DNA of 64,000 nt, taken from NCBI GenBank assembly GCA_950097015.1, contig CATNEN010000007.1, positions 10,044,001 to 10,108,000 on the forward strand, in the 5' to 3' direction. Of the stretch, positions 24,504-37,710 are shown piece by piece. Below the pieces are notes generated by a model that was given only the letters and a program-made list of their open reading frames with translations, had not been told where the DNA came from and made no database searches. Origin of the DNA: Macrostomum hystrix. Taxonomy: Eukaryota; Animalia; Platyhelminthes. Made by a program: the position numbers and the translations under genes. The stretch's first letter is position 1. Each line of letters begins with the position of its first letter.

Positions 24504-26554
24504 GTATGGGTAGGCCAGTCCTATTTTAATGATTTGTTTTTCTGCTAAATCAGAGTTGCAAAAATTCTTCTGAATTTATATCTGAGTATATATAATTAAT
24601 ATATGACATTTTTTATTTAGCAATAAATATACTTTCTTGAGTAGATTAGTTTCAGGGTATACCTGTTTCTATCAAAAATAGGCTTATATATATGAACATT
24701 AATGCACATTTAATATTTTAGCAGTGCTCTCACTTTTTAGTCTTATTCAAGCTTAGAAGAAAGCTATTCTTATTTTCTTTGCCTAAAATGTTACATTTAT
24801 AATGGTACTTATGAAGTTATATATATACATGTACATTTATGCATTATGATTATTCTGAGTTCTTGCACGCAAAATTTGGTGTGTTTTGTACACAACACAA
24901 ATTAGCTGAATATTTTATAAAACTGGGTGTGGACATTATAAAAGAGTGTTTATTTAAGAGCAAAGTAAAACTAGAAGTATATGTTACGCTTTTTATAGTT
25001 TTTGCTTTATAACTTTTCTTTAAGTGTATACATGCTTTAGCATGCTTCTTAAAGATAGACAGGTCTACAAATTAGTTAAAAGTTGGGTAGTATTTTGTAT
25101 TTTGAATTGATTAAAACAATATAAATGTAAAAAAGCATTCAGCTTTTCCATATATTTTTATTTTAGTATATTTGATATTCTTGCAATAGTGTAGTAAGAA
25201 ATTAAAACATTTTCCAGCAATATAAACATTAGCAAAAATTCCTAAAAACTAAGAAGCATTGCTCTTCTCTCATAAAAGCCCTTTTTCGATTGAACTTATT
25301 CATTCTTCTTCAGGAAAACCATTAGGCCTGTGCATATTCTATCAGTTTTAGCATTCCTACCTTCCTTGCCCTAGCCCATAGCATACAGTTGTTTCAGACT
25401 TTGCAATTTAAGCAGTTGACTTTTGGTACCTTTCCTATGCCAATACACAGATGGATTGTGTAAATGATCTTGTCTGTTCTGTTTTCAAATTGATTGATTG
25501 ATTACCAACTTGCACTGGGAGAAAATACACTAAATATATGGGCAATGGTTGCTAATACAACTATTTTATTTGTGTCACTCTAAACTAAGATGATTAAATA
25601 TGATTAGCAGATTAGCATAAAGTTTTTTTTAATACTTCAATCAATGTAAATTAAAGGGATTTCTTGTTTTATCAGAATGTATTTTTAGCTTTAAGGTATA
25701 ATTTAGTGATTTTCCGCAATAATTAATTTGCTGTTAAATAATTTATTGAATTTTTTTATTTAACAAAGCAAATAATTTTTTGATATTAGTGAAGCAAGGG
25801 GCAGTTAAATTTTTGTTTGGGGGACACAAGCTATATTTTTTATTCATACATTTGTAGATATTTTTACTCTATACCTAGGTTAATGGAGCTATAGCCCATT
25901 GTTCTCCAATGTCTCACAGTATAGTATTTGAGCACTTTTTGTGGAAATCAAGGAAGTGATTATTGCAAAATCCTATTTTATAGAGTGCAGAGTGTCACTT
26001 TGTAGCTGTATAAGCTCGTCGGGAGGTGTACACACCAATGTATGCAATGTATGTAGAAGATAGGGATGCTGTGCATGTTGCTTTAATATTAGCTCGATCG
26101 TATGTAGGCGATTGTCACTCATTGTGCTTATACATTTCAGCTCTGAATCACTGAACACCGTTGACCTGCATCCCCGACACAGAGCTGCAACAAGTCCAGT
26201 GGCTACTCACCAGTGATACAGGTTCACCAGTGCTGCCTAAATGTCTTCACACAAGGGTAAGGCGGAGTGGAGGCTGCCGAATGCAGCGGAGGCTGCTGCC
26301 ACTTAAAAACCAGTCTGAGCCCACGCTATCAGCCAGCCAATTGTTGCATTTGCCTTGGTCTTTGTTACTGATTTATCTCTTCCTCCGCAGTTCGCAATAC
26401 AAAAATTTAACTAAAACAAATATTTATTTCGAATTCGACTTTTTTCTTTCTCCGCTTTTTCCTTTCAATTGCCGCCTTAGAAAAGCTTAGTTGCGGCTAG
26501 CTATCTGCCTTAGAGGCAGCCTTTCACGTGGCATAAGGTTGAATATTAGGAAAC

Positions 26555-26630
26555 GGGCTTGTAGGCTACTGGTTAGAGCGTCGGACTCAATACTTAGAGG
26601 TCGGGGGTTCGATTCCCGACTCCACTGGAA
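26555..26630 (+). mobile_element. tRNA-derived SINE head / tRNA pseudogene
   Basis: A-box-like TAGGCTACTGGTTAGAGC and B box GGTTCGATTCC, but acceptor and anticodon stems do not pair properly. Confidence 0.6.
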
Positions 26631-27157
26631 CTATTTGTGACAGATGCTGTCGGTTGCAAATCATGTCCTATTGGAGCCAGTTGTGATTTATTATTTTTAC
26701 TTTTAGGAAATGTCTTATCGATAGGTAGTTTATTACTTTGGAGCATCTAAATTCGGAAGCAGAAATAGATAACTACTAGTTAGAGTCTCCAGCGCTGAAA
26801 AGTAACTGATGAGGTGTGTGTCGCAAATACATGAAGTCTTCCTAGCTCAGCAATTGGCCGCATTTCGCTGCCGACCGATGTTGATTTTCGTATCACACAG
26901 TGTGTATCCGGGCTTGTGCGAGTCTTTCTATTTCTTATAGCTGCGTTAGCCAATTAGAATGAATATAGTCCTTTGTAGCGGTGTTGCCATGTAACCTGTA
27001 CACAAATGACACACTACCCCCGTACTCCTGATTGTACTCTTGTTTTATTGATCGTGTATTTCTTTAATTTAAATTTCAGCCCTATTTTTGTAAAGCCTCT
27101 CTTAGCCAGTCACTGAATGGTTCAGAACCAGCGCCTTAAAATCCCGCCTAACTGCAG

Positions 27158-30100
27158 ATGAAGTATGCTATAGGTTTAGACATGAGATGTACTTTTCCTT
27201 GACTAGCCAGCAACAAGGGACTCAGTTCAATAACTTCACTTAGCTTCACATTAGCAGGGATCCTTTGATCAACTCTGGACAATAATCCTCTAACTTGTTC
27301 ATCCCGCCCCTGCCTCGCCTCTGCCCGCCTTGCAGAAGACCGCAAGCGCAGCAGCAGCAGCGGCCACAAGTCCGGCCACCACCAGCACCGGCACAGCAGC
27401 GGCAAGCGGGCCCGCACTGTGCAACAGCAGGACGCCTGCATTCAGACTGACACCAGAGACAGCGATACGCAGACTAAGCTGCGCTTCTCCAAGCACAAAA
27501 TCGAATTCAATGTGGACATCGGCTGGGAGCCGCATCCCTTATCCGGTTGTCCCCTGGTTGCTGGGAAGTACATTGTGCCAGAAACTGGATGGCCTCCACC
27601 GCAGCCGCAGTCCACCCTGACGGCGGTTAATTATGGCATCAGTGACTACTATTCAATGACAGCTGTCTCAGCTGCGGCAGTGACCAACCAATGGCAGCCG
27701 CACCAGCTGTATCAGCAGCAGCAGCACCAGACGTCTAGCGGAACATTGCTGCTCCCGCCCAGCCAGGTGTTCGGGCCAGACGGTGGCATGACCGGGACCC
27801 CAGTTTCCTCCTTCCCGCAAGTGTCCATGCTGCCCGAGCCGCAGCCTCTGCAGTCGGCGTCCGCGGTCTCCCTGCCGCCTGTCCAGCTGCAGCCGCAGAG
27901 CCTGCAGGAGCAGCAGGCGCAGTATCTCCATAGCAACGGCGAGCAGCGAATCGATAACAGACGGTGGGACAACACTGGCGCCGCTGCCGCGTGGCGGTCG
28001 GAGCAGCTGGCTCAACAGCATCAGTACGCTGAGGATGGAACCTTTGTGCCGTCGGAGAGTCTCTACAGTCAGGAGTCGGTGCAGATGCAGCAAAGCCTTA
28101 CTAGCAGCATGTCCGATGCGGCCGCTGCAGCCGCCGCGGCTGCTGCCGCCGCGGCTCCATCGACGACCGACATTAGCAGCCTGGCTGATCAGGCCTCGGC
28201 TGCTACTGCAGCAGCTGCGGCGGCTGCTGCTGCCGCTGGCGCTGCGCCCAGTGTGGAAGAGATGCAGAGATACTACAGCCAGTACTACGACGCGTACTAT
28301 CGCAATTGGTACACGCAGAACTTTAACAAAGTGATGACGGAGCAGCAGGTGCAACAGCAGGCGGCAGCTGTAGCCGTCGCTTCGCCTACTGAGACGCAGA
28401 TAAATTTGAGCAACCTCAACCCAGAAAGCCGCAGCGCCATTGACGAGGCGCTCAATAATCTCAAAATGTACTTTGGCTCCGCATCGAGTGAGGCGGTAGC
28501 GCAGCCGCCAATCATGCCAATGATGACCATCGATCCCTCCGTGACGGCCATTATAAACGAAGCCGAAGCCGCTGCTGCCGCCGCAGTACCTGCGGGCCCG
28601 TCCGGCACCGGTTCTGACTGGCGGCCCTACCCGGAGGAGCTGAAAGAGGCGTCAAAAAGACAGGTGCCCCTGATTGTGCCACCGCGGCGCGAGGATCTCG
28701 AGCTCCACAGCTCGAATCCACAACGTAAGCTCGCCTGGAAGCCACCGCCGCAGCCTCCGCCAGAAATTCTGTCTGAGAAACAGGACGCCATCAATCGCCT
28801 GTCTGAGGAGCTGCGCCGCAAGAAGGCCTCGGTCGAGGAGACGGAGAAGGACCCCATCCTGCGCCTGAAGCTGTCCTACGCCGAGCTGCTGAACAAAGCC
28901 GTCAGCAAGGTCCTGTCGCTAAATGTTCAGTACGTGTTTGGCAGCCTGGCAGACCTGAGCCCCGGCGAGCAGGCCTATTATGACAGGCCGCCCATTGACT
29001 ATCGCCTGCACCTGTGCGACATTCTTATTGGTGAGTGCCACTGCTTCTTTGATTTGATTCCGATCTCTATAGCCCCGTCTTCTCTATTTGGTCTGTGGTG
29101 TGACACAAAGTGCATAAACCAGTAGCTGTATATTAAGAACAATGCCTACGGAACAGTGCCTCCACCCTCTCCCTTCAGCCAACGTGTTCATAACCCAGGG
29201 CGGCGCTGACTGGAAAAACGGCGCCCAGGAGACGGCCGCCCGTCAGGCCTTTAAAATGCTGATGCGAGCCTGCCACGTGGTCGGCTCGTCCCGCCGCTGG
29301 CACGGCACCGACTACCTGGTGCTCTGCCTGAGCGAGAAAAACACCTTGATACCCGACCTACCGCCCTACCTCAGCGACCCCAACGAGCCGCTGTGGATGA
29401 AGAACAAGCCGCAGGCACGCAAAGACGCAGACAAGCGGCCGGATGCCGGCAACCGTGACGCTGCCTACATCGACGAGGAACGCTTCGAAAGTCGCAACGT
29501 GAAGCCGCTGCGCGAGCTCTGGCTGCTGACCGAAGGCGCGCCAGAGACTCCGCACCAGATCATGAACCCCGTGCGCTTCCTGTACAACTCCGGCTGCTTC
29601 TCCAACATGCTCATCAGCTTCGAGTTCGAGGTGCTCAGCAACGGCCTGTTCAACTGCGCCCTGTTTGTTGACCGGCAGTTCGCCGGCTACGGCTATGGCA
29701 GCACCATCGACAAGGCGCGCGGCTTCGCTGCTAGAAATGCCATGAACAATTTGTTCTATAGGCAGATGCGGGTCGGCGTCGACGTCAGCGGCAACCGGGA
29801 GCCGCTGGATCCTTCGGTGCTGTGGGACAAGGAGGTGGACGCCATTCACTACCTGCTGTACCTGAAGATGCAGCGGCTGCAGGAGTTCAGGGTATGTTTG
29901 CCTTGCTATCCTATAGGAACAGTCAAGGACTAGCAAATCAAGGTTTTTCTTAGTATTATACAATGCTTACAAATGGGTGGTTTCTGCTTTTTGAATATTT
30001 TAAACAAAAAACTAAGGTTGGCTGTCAATCTGAGATTTTGTTTTTAATTTTGTTTGCGCATTTATTTTCGCTTTCGCTCAGATTTCTAGATCTCATTGCT

Positions 30101-31054
30101 CTATGTATGTTTAGTAAAAACTTGATAGAATATGATTTTTAGATCCTTAAAATCTTAGTTACCAGAAACCAACGATCACGAAACACCTGGACCACTTAAT
30201 GAAGCGCCTTCAATCATTGCAATTCGCAGGAAAAGACCATGAAGCAGGACTTCATACAGCTCATCACGCACTACATTAAGAACACGCCCGAGTTCGAGGA
30301 GCCGCTGAAATTTCATCAGCGCGACTTTGAAGCCAAGTGGCCAATGTTTATCGAATGTGCCTGCGATATGGGCCTGTTCTACCGGATTGTTGGCAACACC
30401 GATAAGTTTCGCCAGCTGCTCATCTGCAAGCGGCTGCCGCTGATGCAGCTCCGCGAGGTCCTACTGACTGACGGTCGCTGCGGCCGTTATTGGGTGGTGA
30501 GCAAGGGCACGGAGGAGGCCGGCGATTCAGCCATGTTTGAGCAGCCGCCAGCTCTGGCTAGCGAGTACCACCCTCAGGCGGACCAGTCGCCCGGAGCGGC
30601 CATAGAGCCGTCTGCGGAGGACGCTCCCACGGCTGACGCCACGGCCGAGGCTGAGGCGAAAACTGAAGCTGCGTCACCGGCTGAGGCGAAGCCTGACAGC
30701 GCTGAGGCCAAGCCGGAGGAGCCTCCCAAACCTGTGCCTGCCTCGGCGAAGTACCGACCGCCGCAGCTCGTCGCAACCGCCCAGGAGGTCCCGTCGCAGA
30801 AGCCGCGGCCGCTCATGCCGCCCCTGAACAGCCGGATTCCGCAGCCACTGATGTCGCAGCAGAGCGCTCCGGCGACGTCACTGCAGCCGCAGTCACCTCG
30901 ATTCGGCCTGCCGCCCCGGATCGCCGCACGGCCCGGTCCAATGCCGTTCAACCGGTTCGCCGCGACGTCTGGCATCGGCAGCGTGGCACGACCGAGTCTG
31001 ACGGCAGCCGGAGCGCCCAGACCGCTGTTTCCCTTTATGCCGAGGCGGCCCTGA
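27158..31054 (+). CDS. NKRF/CARF-like protein (dsRBM-like folds plus degenerate R3H-like region); join(27158..27173,27336..29030,29179..29891,30230..31054)
   Basis: Phase-consistent GT-AG exons. NPVRFLYNSGCFSNM...CALFVDRQFAGYGYGSTIDKARGFAARNAMNNL is dsRBM-like as in NKRF. LITHYIK...LKFH...QLLICKR...LREVLLTDGRCGRYWVV resembles the NKRF R3H/C-terminus. Long Q/A/P-rich termini. Exon 1 is tentative. Confidence 0.65.
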
Positions 31055-34000
31055 ACTGTCCGGACTGTCACACATTTGCTGATTTAATCAATTTCCAATA
31101 GTGTTCTTTAATAAATTTGCCAGCAGAGCTAATAGTGCCCAGTTGCTTGATTTGGCCCGGCCTTGCTGACCATCAAAGCTCAAATCCCTTGTGCATCTAG
31201 GAGTCCATATTTTTTGCTTGTTATTATAAATATTTTTATTCAGAGTTAAACACTCCAGACCCCAGAGTGCATTGTGGGATGATTGCTGAGAGATGCCACT
31301 CAGTTTCCGATGGTTGGATCCGGTTTCCAAGTTGTAAATCATCAGTCTGTGCCATTCAACCCGCTGAGTCATTGTTCGCGTTGTCTCTAGCCTGTAATTT
31401 ATCAACATCCCGCCATGCCATGCCATCCGGTCTCCTTCCATAAATATACTCTCATATTTTGCTTTCCCAGCCTATCGGTGTCTGATTATTCTCCAATGTC
31501 GTCACTTCTTAGTGCCGAGTGTCTGGCAGATCTGCGGCCTATTCGGACTCGGTGTTTGCAGGCAATGAAAATTGTTTCTTATTTGTATGCACTATTCTGC
31601 AATTCTGCAGCTCTGCGTGTGCAGTGTCGCTTCGTTCAGCGATCGCCTATTGGCCTGCTGAATTCTAGCACAGTCGATTTTTTCAATTTCAAAACTTTAC
31701 TGCCCTAGTTAATGTAATCAGGCCCGCGGTTCCTTTGTGAACACAGATTCAATGCTCCGGCCCCCCTTAGTTTAGTGTTAAATCCGTTAGCTTCTGCTGT
31801 CCACCTGTTTGTGATTGACCTGCTACCCAACCTAATAATGCCACCTGCCAGCTGGTTGAGAGAAAAAGACAAACAGGCTTTTCGTGTTAATAAAAAACAT
31901 TCAAACTGCGTGCCGCCTTGCTTTTATCGTCTTTTCATTTCTTTTTTTTGTAGATTTGTGCAGAAAGCCAGAAAACGCCTGCCTGCTACTCACAGTAGGA
32001 TTGCTGTAAATGAAAGGATAACCGAGCTAGTTATTGTAAGACAAGTCGGATTGGATAGACAAATCAGTTTTTGTACTTGAAACAATTTGGAAGTATGGAT
32101 TAGTGAAAACGAAGGGTCGCGTGATTAGTGCTCGCATCACATGAGCGCTGTCCTCTGTTACGGACTCAGCGACAGTCTAGAGCCGCTCTAGGCACTGACG
32201 GATGTGGGAAGTAACGGTGGTCCGACGTCTATATTGGTCTGTTGACTCGTAGGGCTTGACAATTTGTGTTGTCATTGCTGCGGTGTTCGGAATGCAGTGC
32301 GTGAAAATATACTCTCAGACAGAAGCTGTCTCTTGGGCTTTCTTATTTTCATGAGACCTACGCCTTAGGAATTCGTATATAGTCAGTGGTAAACAATCGC
32401 TAATAAGTTATTCAACTGGCTGCCCGAGTTAAAATGCACTGTGTATATACTACTTGCAACTATAGTAGTATTTGTATATCTCAAAGCTCGACTTTGAAAA
32501 GGCTAGGCTAGCAGCTAATTTTGGTTTTGTTCGCTGTCGAGACAATAGTTAGCTCTTTGATTGTGCTTAACGGCATTCAAAGGTTTGTTAATCAACCCTA
32601 CGTCTTCATCGTACTTCATTGGTCTTTCAACTACCTCAGCATTACTAATACTTGCTGTCCATTCTTCATCAATATATCAATAATCCATCAATCACTCACT
32701 TTGTTGCTGATATTAGTAAGAGAGCAGATCTTCCAGTTCTTAAATACTATTGTATCATGTATTATAATGGGTCTCCGTAGCATTCAGATTAACTTTCTCA
32801 AAATCCTAACGACCTATGATTTGTGGCCTTAAATTAGTAAGCCGGTTAATGAGCACTCACCGCCTCAGTTTCACGCAATTGATGCAGTTACAGGTCGGCC
32901 GCAAGTGTTGTGGCCTTTTTGTTCTCAACTGGCTGTTCTCAACTTGGTCATCGGGATTTCTGCTTATCCGACCTGAAAAAGCCGTCCACTCTTAATGGAC
33001 GTTCAAGCAGAAGTGAAACTCACAATGTGCGCCCGGCAGGGCAACCAGCTAAGTTCGTTTATTTTCAGTGCGCCAAATGTGGATCCTTACCTCCTATATG
33101 GCTGCTGCGCTTCAGCAGAACACCTTCAGAATTGAGTCAGACTGCCGGTTGAACCTTTGAGTCAATTATGGTACGCTCGTAAAGAGAACGGTAAACATGA
33201 AGTCAGTCGATTTAAAGTAAAGTTCTGTCCTAGTAACTCTTGATGCTCCACTCCGACCACAGTGGCCAAGGAATTGGGAGTGTCAAATTGTGCATTATAG
33301 GGCACGGGCAAGTTCACCGACGTGATTCACGCTAGCCGCCTGCCTGCTAGCTCATAAATGACGGTCGATGAAACGCGCCGAGTGACCCTGTCAGCATGTG
33401 CGCAGTCCGTGCCAGACTGCGGCTGCCAGCGGTAGACGTCCTTGATGACGTGCCCGGCCAGCCACAGACGTCGCTAGCTAGCTGCACAGAAGGCCGCGCC
33501 AAACGCGCTTGCTTGGTTGTCGCTGCTTATTTCGATGGTTAATTCGCTGCTAGGGCCGCAGTGGCACAAAGTAAGTCTAATGCGCAGTGTTGAGTTCTCC
33601 CGTGCGTCTCGGTCAGCGTCCAGGTCTTAGCAATGCACCAACAGCGGCCTCCACATCTGCCCGCAACAGCTGGGACCTGGAGTTGTTTATCAGGGCCTCG
33701 GTGACTAGCACCGCCAGCACCGATAGAAGCTGGTGCAGGCTGGTTTGGGCCTTCTCGCTAGGTCTCGCCCACGTCTGACACACGACAGACGAACTGACTT
33801 CGGGAGCACAGTCCGGGGCCCGTCGTCTTCTCTTAGTCGGAATCACAGCAGACAGATCGTGAAGCGCTGTCTCAGTCTTACTTGCCTTTGATGACAAGGC
33901 CGACCCTCTTTGCCGATCCAGCCGTACAACAGCTGTTGGGTGTACAAGACAAAATAACAAGATCTTGTCTTCGAGATCTTCAAGGCCGTGGTCGGACATC

Positions 34001-34729
34001 TTCTCGGGGTGTTGCTGACTGGTGTGCCATAGGAGTAGAAAGCCGTCCACGGCGGTCGCAAGCGGGTGCTGAGCACTCAGTCCAGTATTACTCCCGAACA
34101 GGTTAGAACACAGGGTCAGGTTCCTGCGACTCTAGCAGCTTTTCCAGACGTGGCTGATGTGTGGTGCTGGGGTCAAGCACAAGATAGTGTGTAGCTGCTG
34201 CCCACGGACCAATCTTTGTTGGACACTCATCAATCTCCACCTTAAATGTGAAAAGAATCCGACAGTGCCAATAATTCATCGTTCGTCTTGCTTCTTGATA
34301 GTATTTCTGATTATTTCGGTCCTGTGTTAGTTTGCACGATTTCATTAACCTGTGCTGTTTGTCAGGTCACATCGCAATCACCATCGGAGTGCTCAATAGA
34401 TTCGCCACTAAGCATGTCAAATTTCTTTAGCTGTGTCATCGTATCACAGATTGTGATGTCACATGTGCTAGGTATAAGGCCGTCACTGTTCTCAGTAGTC
34501 TGTATGTTGAAATTTAATTTTGATATCGATATTTTTATTCATCGATTCGATATCGACTTTTTATATCGATCATCAACGGTGATAACTTGGGATTAGAATA
34601 AGGCCCCTCATTCCGCAGCTGCTGCCGTTTTCCTGCCTGTCACTCTCCTCTCAATGCTCCTCTCAATGAATTACAGCCTTGTTTGAGCTGGGAAAGAGAA
34701 TTTCGAGATTCTTTACTATCTGCTTTCAC

Positions 34730-34735
34730 TGTCTC

Positions 34736-34834
<99 letters not shown>

Positions 34835-34835
34835 T

Positions 34836-34870
<35 letters not shown>
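34730..34870. repeat. (TCTG)n microsatellite
   Basis: About 35 tetranucleotide units. Confidence 0.97.
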
Positions 34871-34966
34871 TCTCGGTTGTTAGGAGTTAATACTTTAATG
34901 TCATATATAGGATCGGATCATAAAAAATTTGATTGTAATTTATTCTAGCTAGATGGCCCGCACTAC

Positions 34967-35165
34967 CTAATAATGTAGTTCCGTTACTGCAGTATTAGCC
35001 TCACTAACTAATAATGTAGTTCCGTTACTGCAGTATTAGCCTCACTAACTAATAATGTAGTTCCGTTACTGCAGTATTAGCCTCACTAACTAATAATGTA
35101 GTTCCGTTACTGCAGTATTAGCCTCACTAACTAATAATGTAGTTCCGTTACTGCTGTATTCGCCT
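34967..35165. repeat. Tandem repeat, 41-bp imperfectly palindromic unit, ~4.8 copies
   Basis: CTAATAATGTAGTTCCGTTACTGCAGTATTAGCCTCACTAA repeated. Confidence 0.92.
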
Positions 35166-36007
35166 AATAGATTGGAATTAGAAATCGAAATTAGCCTATG
35201 AGATAAGATAGAATAACCTCGGTTAAGCTATTAGAAAGTACTTTTGTACAGAAGAATGAGACAAAGGCGGTGTTGCGCAGCAAAGCAGGCAGGCGTTAAT
35301 GTTTTTAATTAAGTGTGCATGTCCTAAAGAAAATGTTAGTATTTATTGTTGAGTAGAACAGTTTTATCTGTGACTAGTTATATTGTGCGATGTGCATTTT
35401 GTATTACTTCACAAGCAAACTCTTTTACAGCTTTTATGTACTGCGTCTGTATGTTTGCCCTTGGCTGGTGTTACCTGTCGTGCTGAAAGCATTTTATATA
35501 TATATTAAACAGACAATTTTATCCAAAGTTTCTGAGACTTTCAGTTAAATTGCATTTTCAATTCTGATAACGAAAAATCCAGGACTCAGTCGTGTTTTTG
35601 CTTTATATTTTCATCTATGAGCGCATTTTGCATAGCCTGGTTGCTGCAGTGCTGTCAATAGCAAAAAAGTAACTAAAATGGTTGCTGCCAAAAGTACCTT
35701 CCTTTTATATTGGGCTAGATCACTTGTTGAAAAACGAGGTACTAAATCACTTACTAGGTACAAAATAATTTTGTTAGTGCATGGCTATCATGTCGTCACT
35801 CAATAGTCCATTGTATTCTCATCTCGCTCGTACACTGCAACCACCATACGGTAGTTTTCTGCGTAAAATAAAACTACCTACTCGTACTTTAATAACTATT
35901 AGGAAGTACCTTAAAGACATTCCTTAAATGCTTGGGCTATACTCAAGTTTAAATGCTCTTCAAGCTTCTCTGTAGACAACAGTGATAGCAGCTCTTAGGG
36001 CTAGCTT

Positions 36008-36757
36008 ATGGATTCGCAGCCTGTACCGCGGCCTGACAGAGATCCCAGCCGGAGCAAAGCCGCCTTCCACTACGCCAGAACTGGCGAACAGGAGCCAGGG
36101 TTGTTGGAGAGCCACGCGTTTTCTCCTGAGCTGCTCGATGCCAAAGATTCGGAAGGCCACTGCGTGATCGGCGTTGCTCTAATCAACTCGAATCGAGAGG
36201 CAGTCAAGACGTTGACGAATTTCGCCGCCCAGCACAGGCCAAGTCTCTTCGACCACCGGTCCGTTGCTGGGGAGACTCTACTCATGCTGGCGATGGTCCA
36301 AGGTCCCGCGCATGAGCAGGTGATCAAGCTGCTTGTGCTGCACGACCCTGAGCAGGCTTACTGTAAATACGATAACAAAGGAAAGAATGTATTTCACCAT
36401 TGCGCCGAGAACGCTGGTTCAGAGGCGCTTGAGACGCTGTTGGTCAGCCTGGCGGAAGCGGCCCAGACGACGGGTTTCGTGCTCCGCTTCCTTCAGCGGG
36501 CCTTTGAAATGACTGACATTTCTGCTGGTTGGACCCCGTTGCACTACCTGGCCAAAGCAGACAAAATTGAAATGCTGCGACGGCTGCTCAGGTTCTGCTC
36601 AGACTTCCGAGTATGGCTGGACTTGGAGGTCAGGGAATCGAGGAGTCCGCGTCGGACCCCATTGGCCGTTGCTAACGCGCATGGCTCGGTGAGGGTTGGC
36701 GAGTTTCTTCTGGCCAGCCGCAGAGCCACTGCTGCCGAATTCGACGAGGATGCTTGA
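36008..36757 (+). CDS. Single-exon ankyrin-repeat protein (249 aa)
   Basis: Ankyrin-type motifs GETLLMLA, GKNVFHHCA, GWTPLHYLA and RTPLAVA. Confidence 0.75.
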   Translation: MDSQPVPRPDRDPSRSKAAFHYARTGEQEPGLLESHAFSPELLDAKDSEGHCVIGVALINSNREAVKTLTNFAAQHRPSLFDHRSVAGETLLMLAMVQGPAHEQVIKLLVLHDPEQAYCKYDNKGKNVFHHCAENAGSEALETLLVSLAEAAQTTGFVLRFLQRAFEMTDISAGWTPLHYLAKADKIEMLRRLLRFCSDFRVWLDLEVRESRSPRRTPLAVANAHGSVRVGEFLLASRRATAAEFDEDA

Positions 36758-37710
36758 GCTGAGGATGCGGAGAAGACAAGCCGGGTTTATTTGCAGATGT
36801 TGCACTTGTTCCTAAATGCATGTATCTATCGTGCATTCGCTTTCATGTACATGTTACCCACTCCCTTCCGTGATTTATCTCGAACCCTTTCGAGGTTATG
36901 AATTCGAGGATATGATTTCAGCTAGTCGACCAGCCATCCGGTGAGGCATAATTGTTAGTTAATTCAGCTTCTGGCACAAAGAAATTGGATCAGTTTTACT
37001 TCAAAATGCATTCCATTGCACTACATTATACAGTAGTAGTAGTTTGCCCAAAAGTAAAACTTTGGCAATGTTTTGTTTAAGTCTCTCACGTCACTCCGTA
37101 TACAATCAATGAGGCTAGAACACACTATTTTACATTATGAGCTACTATTCATTTTGAAAATCAAATAGATGTATGAAACGTTGACAGATTCGATAGCATA
37201 TTGTCAACGGGTCTTAAACGAACACCAATAGTACACCAAAGGGCAAGTATTTATAGTTGCTTTGCTAGCTATTGACTCAACTTAAAGCAGAAAAAATGCT
37301 GGAGTTTTTCAAGTAGGTCCGCGCACAGCTTGCCTCATATTACTGGATGTAACACCATAAAAAGCGACCGGCAGTGGAATCGCAAAAATAGAACTGCCCA
37401 AAAACTTAAAATTTACTTTATTAATCTTAAATTTAAATAAACTTTTAATTAACTTTAACTTAAAACTTTTGGTTGCTACTTTAAAAAGAAGTGATAATCG
37501 CACTAAATAAAATAACGGAACGTTGTTTTACCGCAAATACTGACTAAACGAACTGCTCTTCTAAGAAACTGAAATTGACAGCAATAATGTACGAGTATGT
37601 GCTTTAATTATATTGCACTGTCTAAATTGTAGCTTAAAAGTGTTTTCCTGTACTTAAGATTACATACAAAATGCTATAAATGAAGTTCTAAAGTTTTTTA
37701 TCGCGTTATC

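Noticed and set aside
26555-26630. Functional tRNA gene, including possible tRNA-Sec from a TCA triplet
   Set aside because: No proper acceptor or anticodon stem, no long variable arm and no T-run terminator; fits a SINE head.
26983-26995. X-box-like GTTGCCATGTAAC upstream of the NKRF-like gene
   Set aside because: Imperfect second half-site and no supporting context.
33360-34345. Short ORFs possibly from decayed retroelements (e.g. RRLWLAGHVI on the - strand near 33450)
   Set aside because: Too fragmentary to assign a family or boundaries without a database search.
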